This document shows, in pieces, positions 25,210 to 35,613 of a stretch of 59,777 nucleotides of DNA (within the stretch, counting starts at the first letter, position 1; each line of letters opens with the position of its first letter). Origin of the DNA: Candidatus Falkowbacteria bacterium (lineage in GTDB: Bacteria; Patescibacteriota; Patescibacteriia; Patescibacteriales; VMTK01). The notes under the pieces are model-generated. The model did not search any database. It saw nothing but the letters and a program-made list of their open reading frames with translations, and was not told the DNA's origin. A program made the position numbers and the translations under genes. The stretch spans positions 1 to 59,777 of the forward strand of contig VMTK01000061.1 of the NCBI GenBank assembly GCA_013791585.1. The letters run 5' to 3'.

Positions 25210-26514
25210 ATGAGCCAGCCAATAATATCAGTAAAAAACATATCTAAAAAATACAATATAACCCACCAGCAGGGCGGGTATGTCGCTTTGCGGGATGTTT
25301 TGACAAATATCGCGAAAAGTCCTTTCGCGTTTTTAAAACACAAGGCCAAGCAAGCGATTGGCAAAGCAGGCAAAGAAGAATTTTGGGCGCTGAAAGATAT
25401 TAATTTTGAAGTTAATAAAGGCGAGGCAATCGGCATTATCGGAGCCAACGGCGCCGGCAAATCAACTCTTTTGAAAATTTTAACCGGGATAACTCCGCCC
25501 ACAACCGGCGAAATTATAATGCGCGGCAAAGTGGCTTCCCTGTTGGAAGTCGGCACCGGTTTTCATCCGGAATTAACAGGAAGAGAAAATGTTTTCTTGA
25601 ACGGCGCTATTATGGGGATGGGGAAGAAGGAAATATCTGATAAATTTAACAGCATAGTTGAATTCGCCGGAATTAAAAAATTCATTGATACTCCCGTAAA
25701 ACGCTATTCTTCCGGAATGTATGTCCGGCTGGCATTTGCCGTTGCTTCGCACATGGAACCGGATATTTTATTGGTTGACGAGGTTCTGGCTGTTGGCGAC
25801 GCGGAGTTTCAGAAGAAATGTTTGGGGAAGATGGATGAGGTGACGAAACAGGCAGGCAGGACTATTTTGTTTGTTAGCCATAATATGGGGGCGATTCAGA
25901 AACTTTGTAAAAAATGTATTCTCTTAAATAAGGGGGAAATAATTAACGCCGGACCAACACAAAATGTTATTAACGCTTACTTGCACTCAGAAGTATGTTC
26001 GGCCGCATCAAAAGAATGGACAGATATAACTAAAGCGCCGGGTAACGATATTGTTCGTTTATGCGCCGTAAGAGTTAAACAAAAAGATAAAATAACAAAT
26101 GCAGTAGATATCCGGTTGCCAGTAGGAATTGAGATGGAATATGAAGTTATTAAACCAGGGTTAATGCTATCACCCAATTATCACTTCCTTAACGAAGACG
26201 GGGTATACGCTTTTGTCTCGGGTAATCAAGATCCTGAATGGCAAAAAAAATCTTATCAAAAAGGAAAATATATAAGCACGGCTTGGATTCATGGAAACTT
26301 TCTTTCAGAAGGAACAATGATGGTGGGAGCCGCCATCACCACTTTTAATCCTACTGTTGTTCATTTTTTTGAACAAAACGCGGTTTCTTTCCGTGTTATA
26401 GACAGTTTTGACGGTAGTTCAGCTCGCGGGGATTATATGGGGGCAATACCTGGCGTCGTAAGACCAATCTTGCGATGGACTACTCAGTTTAATGAAATTA
26501 ATAACAAAGTTTAA
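25210..26514 (+). CDS. wzt: polysaccharide ABC exporter ATP-binding protein with C-terminal glycan-binding-type extension (Wzt/TagH family)
   Basis: 434 aa. Walker A is GANGAGKST, the signature is YSSGMYVRLAF and Walker B is ILLVDE. A beta-rich C-terminal domain of about 180 aa follows. Confidence 0.9.
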   Translation: MSQPIISVKNISKKYNITHQQGGYVALRDVLTNIAKSPFAFLKHKAKQAIGKAGKEEFWALKDINFEVNKGEAIGIIGANGAGKSTLLKILTGITPPTTGEIIMRGKVASLLEVGTGFHPELTGRENVFLNGAIMGMGKKEISDKFNSIVEFAGIKKFIDTPVKRYSSGMYVRLAFAVASHMEPDILLVDEVLAVGDAEFQKKCLGKMDEVTKQAGRTILFVSHNMGAIQKLCKKCILLNKGEIINAGPTQNVINAYLHSEVCSAASKEWTDITKAPGNDIVRLCAVRVKQKDKITNAVDIRLPVGIEMEYEVIKPGLMLSPNYHFLNEDGVYAFVSGNQDPEWQKKSYQKGKYISTAWIHGNFLSEGTMMVGAAITTFNPTVVHFFEQNAVSFRVIDSFDGSSARGDYMGAIPGVVRPILRWTTQFNEINNKV

Positions 26515-26541
26515 ATATAATTATATTTTAAGTAAAAAAAT

Positions 26542-27315
26542 ATGAAAGTAGTTATACTATGTGGCGGGCTAGGAACTCGCTTAAAAGAAGAAACCGAATT
26601 TCGCCCGAAACCAATGGTTTATGTCGGTAATAAACCCATTCTATGGCATATTATGAAAATATATGCTCACTACGGTTTCAAAGACTTCGTATTAGCGTTG
26701 GGTTATAAAGGCGACATGATCAAAGAATACTTTCAAAATTATGAACTAATGAATAATGATGTAATGCTTGAACTGGGAAGACCGGAAAATCGCGTTGTCT
26801 ACCAAAACCATGAAGAAGTCGGATGGAAAGTTACTTTAGCTGATACAGGCCAGCTTGCGCTTAAAGGCTCAAGATTAAAACAAATAGAAAAATATATTGA
26901 CGGAGATGAATTTATGATGACTTACGGAGATGGCGTTGGAAATGTTGATATCTCGGCGCTATTAGAATTTCATCGCGATCATGGAAAGATGGTAACTATA
27001 ACCGGATCCATACCTAAGTCACAATTCGGAAAATTAGCTATACTGGAAAACGATACGGCAAACTTTACCGAAAAGCCTAAAGCCGATTCTTTTATAAATG
27101 GTGGCTTCTTTGTTTTTAATAAAGCTATCTTTAACCATCTTGTTGATGACGATAGTTGCGATTTAGAATATGGAGTATTAGAGAAGCTTTCGCGAGAAGG
27201 CCAGGTTAAAGTTTTCAGACATAAAGACTTTTGGGCAAACATGGATAATTTTAGAGATATGGAATATTTAAATAAGCTCTGGGACGAGGGAAAAGCGGAA
27301 TGGAAAATCTGGTAA
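26542..27315 (+). CDS. rfbF: glucose-1-phosphate cytidylyltransferase
   Basis: 257 aa. VILCGGLGTRLKEETEFRPKPMVYVGNKPILWHIMKIYAHYG. Confidence 0.9.
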   Translation: MKVVILCGGLGTRLKEETEFRPKPMVYVGNKPILWHIMKIYAHYGFKDFVLALGYKGDMIKEYFQNYELMNNDVMLELGRPENRVVYQNHEEVGWKVTLADTGQLALKGSRLKQIEKYIDGDEFMMTYGDGVGNVDISALLEFHRDHGKMVTITGSIPKSQFGKLAILENDTANFTEKPKADSFINGGFFVFNKAIFNHLVDDDSCDLEYGVLEKLSREGQVKVFRHKDFWANMDNFRDMEYLNKLWDEGKAEWKIW

Positions 27316-27345
27316 ATACACTAAGAAATAATTAATTAAATTTTT

Positions 27346-28422
27346 ATGGAAAATATTCAAAAAAAATTTAAAAATAAAAAAATTTTAATCACCGGGCATA
27401 CCGGATTTAAAGGAGCTTGGCTTTCTCAAATATTACTAAATTGGGGCGCTTGTATTACCGGCATTTCTTTAAAACCGACAACCAGCCCTAATTTATTTAA
27501 TCCACTAAAGATAAAAAATAAAATAAACAATTATTTTACGGACATTAGAGATTTTAAAAAAATAAAAGAAATAGTAAAAAAAGAGAAACCGGAAATTGTA
27601 TTTCATCTAGCCGCCCAACCGATAGTGAGAGAGAGCTACGATAGACCCTTATACACATTTGAAACTAATATTATTGGCACTGCTAATATTCTAGAAGCAA
27701 TCAAAGAAACAAATACGGTAAGATCGGCCGTAATAATCACTACTGACAAAGTCTATAAAAACAATGAATCAGGACGTCCCTTTAAAGAGGGTGACAAACT
27801 AGGAGGCGATGATCCTTATAGCGCCAGTAAGGCGGCTGCCGAAATAGTGATAGATTCCTATATTAAATCATTTTTTAATCCAACTGATTATAATAAAAAA
27901 CATAAGACTTTAATAGCTTCGGCAAGAGCCGGCAACGTTATTGGCGGTGGCGACTGGAGCGACGATCGATTAGTGCCTGATCTTATCAAGGGAATTTTTC
28001 ATAATAAACAAATTATTATTCGAAACCCAGATGCCGTTAGACCATGGCAACATGTTCTTGAACCACTTTATGGCTATTTATTATTAGCAACTAAGCTTCA
28101 GACCGGCAAAAAAGATTTTTCAGGAGCATGGAATTTCGGTCCAAACAACCAAAGCTTCCTAACAGTAGAAGAATTTACGAAGCTAGCTCTAAGAATATTA
28201 AACAAAGGAGTTTATGTTATAAAAAAGGATTTAGATAGTAAACATGAAAGTAAATTATTAAAATTAAATTCCAACAAGGCTAAAAAGCAATTAAATTGGC
28301 AACAAGAATTAAATATTAACAAAACCCTACAGTTAACTTTTGAGTGGTATAAAAATTTTTACAACAAAGAAGATATTATTGATGTCACCAATCGGCAAAT
28401 AGAATCTTTTTTTACTAAATAA
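27346..28422 (+). CDS. rfbG: CDP-glucose 4,6-dehydratase
   Basis: 358 aa. ILITGHTGFKGAWLSQIL, YSASKAAAE. Confidence 0.85.
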   Translation: MENIQKKFKNKKILITGHTGFKGAWLSQILLNWGACITGISLKPTTSPNLFNPLKIKNKINNYFTDIRDFKKIKEIVKKEKPEIVFHLAAQPIVRESYDRPLYTFETNIIGTANILEAIKETNTVRSAVIITTDKVYKNNESGRPFKEGDKLGGDDPYSASKAAAEIVIDSYIKSFFNPTDYNKKHKTLIASARAGNVIGGGDWSDDRLVPDLIKGIFHNKQIIIRNPDAVRPWQHVLEPLYGYLLLATKLQTGKKDFSGAWNFGPNNQSFLTVEEFTKLALRILNKGVYVIKKDLDSKHESKLLKLNSNKAKKQLNWQQELNINKTLQLTFEWYKNFYNKEDIIDVTNRQIESFFTK

Positions 28423-28423
28423 T

Positions 28424-29635
28424 ATGGAATGTAGAGCCTGCCATGCACCGATAATAAAATTTTTCTCTTTAGGCCAAATGCCTCTTGTTAATCTTTTTTT
28501 AAATAAAGAAGAGATTATCAATGAGAAAAGATTTGATTTAAGTGTCGGCTTCTGCCATAGATGCTATCTAGTCCAATTAATTAATGCCGTTGCTCCAGAA
28601 AAATTATTTAGTGATTATATTTATTTTTCTTCTACCTCAAAATTTTTTTTGGAGCACTGCAAAGAAACGGCTGAGCAACTTACTAAAAAGTTAAAATTAA
28701 ACTCTAAAAGTTTAGTGTTAGAAATTGCTAGCAACGATGGAGCCCAGTTACAATTCTTTAAAAACCTAGGAATAGAAGTATTAGGAATAGACCCGGCGAA
28801 GAATATTGCCGAAGTAGCAAACAAAAAAGGCATTCCGACTATTTCTGAATTTTTTAATTATAAATTTGCAAAAAGACTAAAAGAAGATAAAAATATCCAG
28901 GCGGATTTAATTTTTGGCGCTAACGTTCTAGCCCACGTACCGGAAATAGTGGATTTCGTAAAAGGAATAAAAATAATTTTAAAACCAAATGGTACGGCAG
29001 TCTTTGAATTTCCCTACCTTAAGGGACTGCTAGAGAAAAAATTCGATACTATTTATCATGAACATGTTTTCTACTATTCACTTATAGCTTTAAAGAACCT
29101 TTTTAAAAAAGCTAATTTAGAGATATATGATGTTGAGATAACGCCAATGCAAGGTGGGTCTTTGAAAATCTTTGTTTCTCATCCGAATAATTTTAGAATT
29201 AGCGCTAATGTCAAAAATCTAATTAATAAAGAAATACAAGATGGTTTTGATAAAATAGAAACTTTTAAAAAAATGAACGAAGATGTCCTAAATTTAAAAA
29301 ATGAACTTACCTTATTACTGAAAAAACTAAAAAGTGAAGGAAAAAAAATAGCCGCTTACAGCGCACCCGCTAAAGGAAATATTTTATTAAATTATTTTAA
29401 TATTAACGAAAATTATCTTGATTTTATTGTAGATAAATCAGAGGCAAAACAAGGGCTATGCACACCCGGCACTCACCTATTAGTTCATCCGCCAAAAAAA
29501 ATTAATCAAGACAAGCCAGACTATCTATTAATACTATGCTGGAATATCGCTGACGAAATTATAAAACAACTAGAGGATTATCATAATGCCGGCGGTAAGT
29601 TTATTATACCAATACCCGACATAAAAATAGTATGA
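28424..29635 (+). CDS. NDP-hexose C-methyltransferase (zinc-ribbon plus class I SAM MT plus C-methyltransferase C-terminal domain, TylC3-like)
   Basis: 403 aa. N-terminal CRACHAP...CHRC, then LEIASNDG, then a C-terminal domain ending in GGKFIIPIP. Confidence 0.75.
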   Translation: MECRACHAPIIKFFSLGQMPLVNLFLNKEEIINEKRFDLSVGFCHRCYLVQLINAVAPEKLFSDYIYFSSTSKFFLEHCKETAEQLTKKLKLNSKSLVLEIASNDGAQLQFFKNLGIEVLGIDPAKNIAEVANKKGIPTISEFFNYKFAKRLKEDKNIQADLIFGANVLAHVPEIVDFVKGIKIILKPNGTAVFEFPYLKGLLEKKFDTIYHEHVFYYSLIALKNLFKKANLEIYDVEITPMQGGSLKIFVSHPNNFRISANVKNLINKEIQDGFDKIETFKKMNEDVLNLKNELTLLLKKLKSEGKKIAAYSAPAKGNILLNYFNINENYLDFIVDKSEAKQGLCTPGTHLLVHPPKKINQDKPDYLLILCWNIADEIIKQLEDYHNAGGKFIIPIPDIKIV

Positions 29636-30165
29636 AATTTAAAAAAACAAAATTAAAAGGTCTTTATATCATTGAACCTGAACCAAGGATTGATGAAAGG
29701 GGTTATTTAATGCGTACTTTTTGTAAAGAAGAATTAAATAAATATGGCTTACAATTTACAATCGTCCAAGTAAACCAAACCTTAACAAAGAAAAAAGGCA
29801 CCGTCCGCGGAATGCATTTCCAGACACCGCCAAAAGCCGAAGATAAAATTGTTCAATGCTTGCATGGGGCTATTTACGACGTAGCTATCGATTTACGTGC
29901 CGACTCCCCTACTTATGGTAAATGGGTTGCGGAGGAATTAAACGAAGACAATAAAAAAATGTTTTTTATACCAAAAGGATTTGCCCATGGTTTCCAATCC
30001 TTAACTAATAATTGCGAAGTTCAGTATTTTATGTCAGAATTTTATTCACCGGAGCACGCATCTGGCGTTCGTTGGGATGATTCTATATTTAATATAAAAT
30101 GGCCGATAAAAAATCTGAGTTTATCTGAAAAAGATAAAAACTGGCCTTTAGCAAAACAAAAATGA
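29632..30165 (+). CDS. NDP-4-keto-6-deoxyhexose 3,5-epimerase (RmlC family)
   Basis: 177 aa cupin. RGMHFQ...KIVQCLHGAIYDVAIDLR...GFAHGFQ. Confidence 0.85.
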   Translation: MKFKKTKLKGLYIIEPEPRIDERGYLMRTFCKEELNKYGLQFTIVQVNQTLTKKKGTVRGMHFQTPPKAEDKIVQCLHGAIYDVAIDLRADSPTYGKWVAEELNEDNKKMFFIPKGFAHGFQSLTNNCEVQYFMSEFYSPEHASGVRWDDSIFNIKWPIKNLSLSEKDKNWPLAKQK

Positions 30166-31046
30166 AAAAAATTCTATTAATTGGTAAAACCGGTCAGATA
30201 GGAAGAGAACTAATAAAAGATTCAGCTTCTTTTGATTTTGAAATTATTAGTTTTAATAGAAATAAATTAGATGTTAGTAATGCAACACAGATAAAAGAAA
30301 AACTAGAGGAAACTAAACCAGATATTTTAATTAATACATCAGCTTATCATGTTTTACCTCAATGTGAAGAAAATCCAATTAATGCTATGGCAATTAATTT
30401 TATTGCCGTGAAGAATATGGCGGAAATTTGCAATGATATGAATATTAAATTTGTAACATATAGCACTGATTACGTATTTAACGGAAAGAAAGATTCACCT
30501 TATTTAGAAAATGACGAAACAGATCCTTTGCAAGTCTATGGCTTATCAAAATTAGCAGGTGAATATGCGGCTCTAAACTTAAACCCAAATAAAACTTTAA
30601 TTATCAGAACTAATGGACTATACGGCGGAAAAACCGGAAGTTCGGAAAAAAATGGTAATTTTGTTTTAAATATAATAAAAGAAGCTGATGGAAAAAAAGA
30701 AATAGAAGTTAGCTCAGAACAAATTGTTAGTCCTACTTATGCCGGTGATTTAAGTAAAGCTACTCTTAAATTATTAAAGCAAGAAAATGAAACAGGTGTG
30801 TATCATTTAGTAAATGAAGGCTTATGCAGTTGGTCTAAATTTACTGAAGAAATTTTTAAAATAGCAAAAATAGATACGATAGTTAAACCAGTAGTTAGAA
30901 ATAAAATTATTGGGCAACTACAACGTCCAAAATTTACCGCCTTATCCAATACTAAAGCAAAATCTCTAGGGATAGAACTTCCATCTTGGCAAGATGGATT
31001 AAAATCATATTTTAATTTTTTAAATAACAACGAGGATGAAAGCTAA
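30162..31046 (+). CDS. NDP-4-keto-6-deoxyhexose reductase (RmlD family)
   Basis: 294 aa. ILLIGKTGQIGREL, YGLSKLAGE. The start overlaps the upstream stop (ATGA). Confidence 0.8.
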   Translation: MKKILLIGKTGQIGRELIKDSASFDFEIISFNRNKLDVSNATQIKEKLEETKPDILINTSAYHVLPQCEENPINAMAINFIAVKNMAEICNDMNIKFVTYSTDYVFNGKKDSPYLENDETDPLQVYGLSKLAGEYAALNLNPNKTLIIRTNGLYGGKTGSSEKNGNFVLNIIKEADGKKEIEVSSEQIVSPTYAGDLSKATLKLLKQENETGVYHLVNEGLCSWSKFTEEIFKIAKIDTIVKPVVRNKIIGQLQRPKFTALSNTKAKSLGIELPSWQDGLKSYFNFLNNNEDES

Positions 31047-32040
31047 AATTAAACCAAGAATTGATTTAGAAAATAGGACAAAATTAGAAACGGTTATACC
31101 GCTTAGTGTTCCTTTTATCATTTTTGTTGATCCAAGCGATTTATGCAATTTTCGGTGTAAATTTTGTCCTAGCGGAGACATGGCTTTGATGAAAAAAATA
31201 GGCAGAAGTCTTCAGGTTATGAATTTTGAACTATATAAAAAAATCATAGACGATATTTGCGAATTCGAAAAACCCATTAAAGTTTTAAGACTTTATAAAG
31301 ACGGAGAACCACTATTAAATCCGCATTTTGCCGAGATGGTACGATATGCTAAAGAGAAAAAATGTGCCGAGAGAGTAGACACTACAACCAATGCTTCATT
31401 ACTTAACCCAAAAATAAATCTAGAAATTATTGAAGCCGGTCTTGATCGAATTAATATCTCCATAGAGGGCGTTAATGCCGAACAATATTTAGAATTTTCA
31501 AATTATACGATAAATTTTGATAAGTTAGTTGAAAATATACGCCATCTTTATGAAAACAGAAAAAACTGCGAAATAATAATAAAGATACCTGGAGATAATT
31601 TATCTGAAAATGATAAGGAAAAGTTTTATGAAATTTTTGGCGAAATGGCTGACGGCGTATCTATCGAACACACGATGTCATGCTGGCCTGAATTTGATTT
31701 AAAAGGAATTGAAGTTAATCAAGAATTTGGCATATACGGGCAAAAAATAAAAGAAGTTCAGGTTTGTCCCTATGTTTTCTATTCTTTTTCAATTAATTCC
31801 GATGGTCTAGCTAGTCTATGCTTCCTAGATTGGTCAAGAAAACTTATTATTGGTGACGCGAAGAACGAAAGTGTTATAGATATATGGAATGGAAAAAAAC
31901 TTTTAGAATATCAAAAAATGTTTTTACGTAAAGAAAGAAAAAAACACCTCTTCTGTGGTGAGTGTGGTCAAATGTCTCACGGACTGCCTGATGATATTGA
32001 TAATTATGCAGGTGAATTATTAAAAAGGATAAAAAAATAA
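31036..32040 (+). CDS. radical SAM / SPASM-domain enzyme
   Basis: 334 aa. CNFRCKFCP cluster. C-terminal Cys-rich motifs are CPYVF...SLCF...CGECGQ. Confidence 0.75.
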   Translation: MKAKIKPRIDLENRTKLETVIPLSVPFIIFVDPSDLCNFRCKFCPSGDMALMKKIGRSLQVMNFELYKKIIDDICEFEKPIKVLRLYKDGEPLLNPHFAEMVRYAKEKKCAERVDTTTNASLLNPKINLEIIEAGLDRINISIEGVNAEQYLEFSNYTINFDKLVENIRHLYENRKNCEIIIKIPGDNLSENDKEKFYEIFGEMADGVSIEHTMSCWPEFDLKGIEVNQEFGIYGQKIKEVQVCPYVFYSFSINSDGLASLCFLDWSRKLIIGDAKNESVIDIWNGKKLLEYQKMFLRKERKKHLFCGECGQMSHGLPDDIDNYAGELLKRIKK

Positions 32041-33219
32041 ATGAAAAAATTAAATTTAAAACCATACACTTCTCTCTCTTTATTATTGCAAAAAGATGAG
32101 CTAGATCTTTTGGAAAAGATATTATCTTCTAATTGCGAACTGCAACCAAAAAAAATAAATAAACCCGTAATACTTTATGGCGCTGGTAGCTTAGGCAGAA
32201 TGGCGAAAAAATTTTTTAATTATTTAAACATACCTTTTTTATATTTAGTAGATAAAAATGCTAATCAGCTAAAAAAAGATAAGTTTTGGCAAAACACAAA
32301 AATTATCCACCCTGATGATGTTGATGAGATAGATAAGAATAAATGTTTACTTGTAATATGCATTGTCACCACCCCCCTTATTGCTTTACGTGATGAATTA
32401 AAAGATAACGGTTGGAAAGATACGGCTTTTTTTTATGACGTAGCTGAAAACTATTGTGACAAATATCCTTTAAACAACGGCTGGTTTCTTGGAAAAATTG
32501 ATAATAAAGAAAAAAAACTAATAACAAAAGTATATTCTAGTTTAAGCGACAATGTTTCACGCGCCTATTATCTACAATTTTTAGCTTGGAGGAAACTAAG
32601 AATAGAATTATTATTTAGTAACTTAGAAATAAATAATGACAATCGTTTTTTTATCCCAGAGATAATGAACGCTTTGCAGAAAAATGAAATTTTTGTTGAT
32701 TGCGGAGCTCATCACGGGTCTGTTACGGAAAAATTTCTAAAAATAGTTCATAACAAATATAAAAAGATTTATGCGATTGAACCTGATCGTGATAATCTTG
32801 AGATGCTTGAAAACAGGCTGAAAGATATTTCTATCATCAAAATTATAGAATGCGCTTTAAGCGACAAAAACGGTGAAGAAATATTTTGTCAAGGATTTGA
32901 TTTCGCTTCTAAATTAAGCCGGCTCGGCAAGGATAATGTAAAAATCGCCACTATTGATAATTTAAATATTCCCGCTACTTTCATTAAAATGCATTTGGAA
33001 GGCGGTGAACTAAACGCATTAAAAGGGGCAGTAGATACGATACGAAAATATCGTCCAATTATGGCCGTCACTATCTATCATAATTCCGATGGAGCTTGGA
33101 GAATACCGCTTTTTTTAATAAGTAATACGAAAAATTACAAATATTACATAAGACTACATTCATGGGGTGGGACGGGGGCTGTATTTTATGCTATCCCAGA
33201 AGAAAAAATTAAAATTTAA
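32041..33219 (+). CDS. FkbM-family methyltransferase with N-terminal extension
   Basis: 392 aa. FVDCGAHHGSVTEKF ... IKMHLEGGELNALKGA. Confidence 0.75.
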   Translation: MKKLNLKPYTSLSLLLQKDELDLLEKILSSNCELQPKKINKPVILYGAGSLGRMAKKFFNYLNIPFLYLVDKNANQLKKDKFWQNTKIIHPDDVDEIDKNKCLLVICIVTTPLIALRDELKDNGWKDTAFFYDVAENYCDKYPLNNGWFLGKIDNKEKKLITKVYSSLSDNVSRAYYLQFLAWRKLRIELLFSNLEINNDNRFFIPEIMNALQKNEIFVDCGAHHGSVTEKFLKIVHNKYKKIYAIEPDRDNLEMLENRLKDISIIKIIECALSDKNGEEIFCQGFDFASKLSRLGKDNVKIATIDNLNIPATFIKMHLEGGELNALKGAVDTIRKYRPIMAVTIYHNSDGAWRIPLFLISNTKNYKYYIRLHSWGGTGAVFYAIPEEKIKI

Positions 33220-33231
33220 ATAGAAAATTAT

Positions 33232-33975
33232 ATGCTCAAAAAAAACTTAATCTTCGATTTAGGCTTTCACAACGGCGATGATACGGATTTTTATCTACAA
33301 AAAGGATTTACTGTGGTAGCGGTTGAGGCGAATACAAATTTAATTAAAGAAGGTATCAATCGTTTTGGCAAAGACATTGAATGCAATAAATTAATCTTAG
33401 TAAATAAGGCAGTTTCTAATAATAGAGGGGTACAGAATTTTTATATACACCCCAATAAATCCGATTGGAGCAGTTGCGATAAAAATATGGCAGAGAGCGA
33501 TGGTTCACAAGCAAAAGTTGTTTCTGTCCAAACTGTCTCTTTTAACGACCTATGCCGAGATTTTGGTACTCCTTTGTATGCTAAGGTTGATATTGAAGGC
33601 TGTGATTTAATTGTTGCAAAGCAACTTTATCACATAAAAGAAAAACCGCGATATGTTTCATTTGAGATATCAAAACGAGACTATGCGGGAATATTTTCAT
33701 GGCTTTATGTCGCGGGATACAAAAAATTTCAACTAGTTAATCAATTGAACAATATTAACAGGAAGAAAGACCCGACTCAAAAAATATTTGAGGGAAAAAA
33801 CATTGATTACCAGTTTACAAAATATTCATCTGGTTTTTTTGGCAAAGATTTACCAGAAAATAAGTGGCTCTCCTACGATGAAGCCATTGACCATTATCTT
33901 AAATATAAAGAGCTAAAAATCATTGATAATCAGGAATTATCCTTGGGTTGGTTGGATCTACATGCCATTTTATGA
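33232..33975 (+). CDS. FkbM-like methyltransferase
   Basis: 247 aa. IFDLGFHNGDDTDFY, VVAVEAN, KVDIEGCDL. Confidence 0.6.
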   Translation: MLKKNLIFDLGFHNGDDTDFYLQKGFTVVAVEANTNLIKEGINRFGKDIECNKLILVNKAVSNNRGVQNFYIHPNKSDWSSCDKNMAESDGSQAKVVSVQTVSFNDLCRDFGTPLYAKVDIEGCDLIVAKQLYHIKEKPRYVSFEISKRDYAGIFSWLYVAGYKKFQLVNQLNNINRKKDPTQKIFEGKNIDYQFTKYSSGFFGKDLPENKWLSYDEAIDHYLKYKELKIIDNQELSLGWLDLHAIL

Positions 33976-33996
33976 ACGGGGAATAAAAAAAATAAT

Positions 33997-35613
33997 ATGC
34001 CTGTAAAAATTTTGTTTATTATCCCTCCATATTTTAATATAGAAGATTTTTTGAATCCAAAAAACAACCAAACTCTTCCTGTTTTTACAATTCCTTACGG
34101 TATTCTTTCCATGGAAGCTTACATTAAAGCTAATGCGACAAAGGAGGTTGCTGTTGAACTTTTAGATCTCAACACAGAGGCTTACAAAATTGCTAAAAAT
34201 AACCTGAATGCCACTAATATTCAAAAGGACCTAATGAGTATTGTTTTAGAAAAATTGCAGAGTCCAACAGACATAGTGGGAATTTCTGCACTTTTTAATA
34301 ACAGCTACGAATACTTAAAGGAATTAACCTACACAATAAAAAAAGCACCTATGCCTCCGTTATGTATCGTCGGTGGAGGGCTCGCTTCAAACTTATATCA
34401 AAGAGTATTAAATGATTTCCCGTTAATAGATGGTGTCTGTTTTGCTGAAGGCGAAATTCCTTTGATTGATTTAATTAATTCAGACAATTTTCCCCATCTT
34501 TTAAATGAACACCCCTCTTGGATAACAAAGGAAACCTTAAAAGACGGAAAAATCCCCAGAGCTTCTTATGTAGAGAATCTTGACAATATTCCTATGTCTG
34601 ATTATAGCCTTGTAGATTTAAATAATTACAATGGAAGATCTTTGGATAAACAATATTGTAATCAAAATAACAAAAGAGAAATATCTATCCATACTTCAAG
34701 AGGTTGTCCGTTTAATTGTGTTTTTTGTGCTAATTCTTCCGTTCATGGTAAAATGATTAGATATATGAGTGAAAAAAGAGTTATTTCAGAAGTGGACAAT
34801 ATGATTAACAATTTTGGCATGAATGTTTTATTAATAGAAGACGATCATTTTTTGTCTAACAAAAAAAGAGCGGCTAGAATTTTAGCCGAATTGAACAGAC
34901 GAAACATTAGAATAGAATTTCCAAACGGAATAGCTGTGCATGCTATAGATGAGGAAATAGGTAAATTACTAAAAGAAGCCGGGGTGACTACGGTACAATT
35001 AGCGGTTGAGTCATGTTCTGATTATGTGTTGGAAAAAATTATAAATAAGCCCCATAGAGTTTTTCAAATAAGAAAAACGACAAAGATATTAAAGGAAAAT
35101 GGAATTTTTGTTCATGCTTTCATTGTTCTCGGATTACCAAACGAGATGGATGAACACAGAAAGGAATCATTGGAAATCATAAAAGAAATTGGTTTTGACT
35201 GGGTTTATTTTTTTATTGCGGCACCTATTGCGGGTAGCAGACTTTATAAAGTTTGTGTTGAAAATAATTATCTAGTTGAAAAAGATTTCAAAAACCATAT
35301 TGTTTCCAAAGGATCAATTAAGGCCCCAGGAGTTGATCCCGATGAGATCGAAAAAATCGCATATAAAATGAACCTTGATGTAAATTTTGTTAATAATTCT
35401 AATGTTTTACTGGGTCTTTACGATAGAGCTTTGCCCTATTTTATTCATATTTCTAATAAATATCCTAAACATGCTTTGGCACACTATGTACTTATGAATA
35501 TTTATAAACAAAAAAAAGAAGATGATTTATCAAAAGAACATCATGATATTTATTTGAGCATACTTAAGAAAAGTAAAGGATGGAAAACATATGCCAGCGA
35601 ATTTAATTTATAA
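33997..35613 (+). CDS. B12-binding-domain radical SAM enzyme (class B)
   Basis: 538 aa. N-terminal B12-binding-like domain (IVGISALFNNSYEY...VGGGLAS). Cluster motif SRGCPFNCVFCAN. Confidence 0.8.
   Translation: MPVKILFIIPPYFNIEDFLNPKNNQTLPVFTIPYGILSMEAYIKANATKEVAVELLDLNTEAYKIAKNNLNATNIQKDLMSIVLEKLQSPTDIVGISALFNNSYEYLKELTYTIKKAPMPPLCIVGGGLASNLYQRVLNDFPLIDGVCFAEGEIPLIDLINSDNFPHLLNEHPSWITKETLKDGKIPRASYVENLDNIPMSDYSLVDLNNYNGRSLDKQYCNQNNKREISIHTSRGCPFNCVFCANSSVHGKMIRYMSEKRVISEVDNMINNFGMNVLLIEDDHFLSNKKRAARILAELNRRNIRIEFPNGIAVHAIDEEIGKLLKEAGVTTVQLAVESCSDYVLEKIINKPHRVFQIRKTTKILKENGIFVHAFIVLGLPNEMDEHRKESLEIIKEIGFDWVYFFIAAPIAGSRLYKVCVENNYLVEKDFKNHIVSKGSIKAPGVDPDEIEKIAYKMNLDVNFVNNSNVLLGLYDRALPYFIHISNKYPKHALAHYVLMNIYKQKKEDDLSKEHHDIYLSILKKSKGWKTYASEFNL

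Noticed and set aside
25179-25556. 125-aa minus-strand ORF
   Set aside because: It is antisense to the Walker A region of the well-supported wzt ATPase gene, so it is a shadow ORF.
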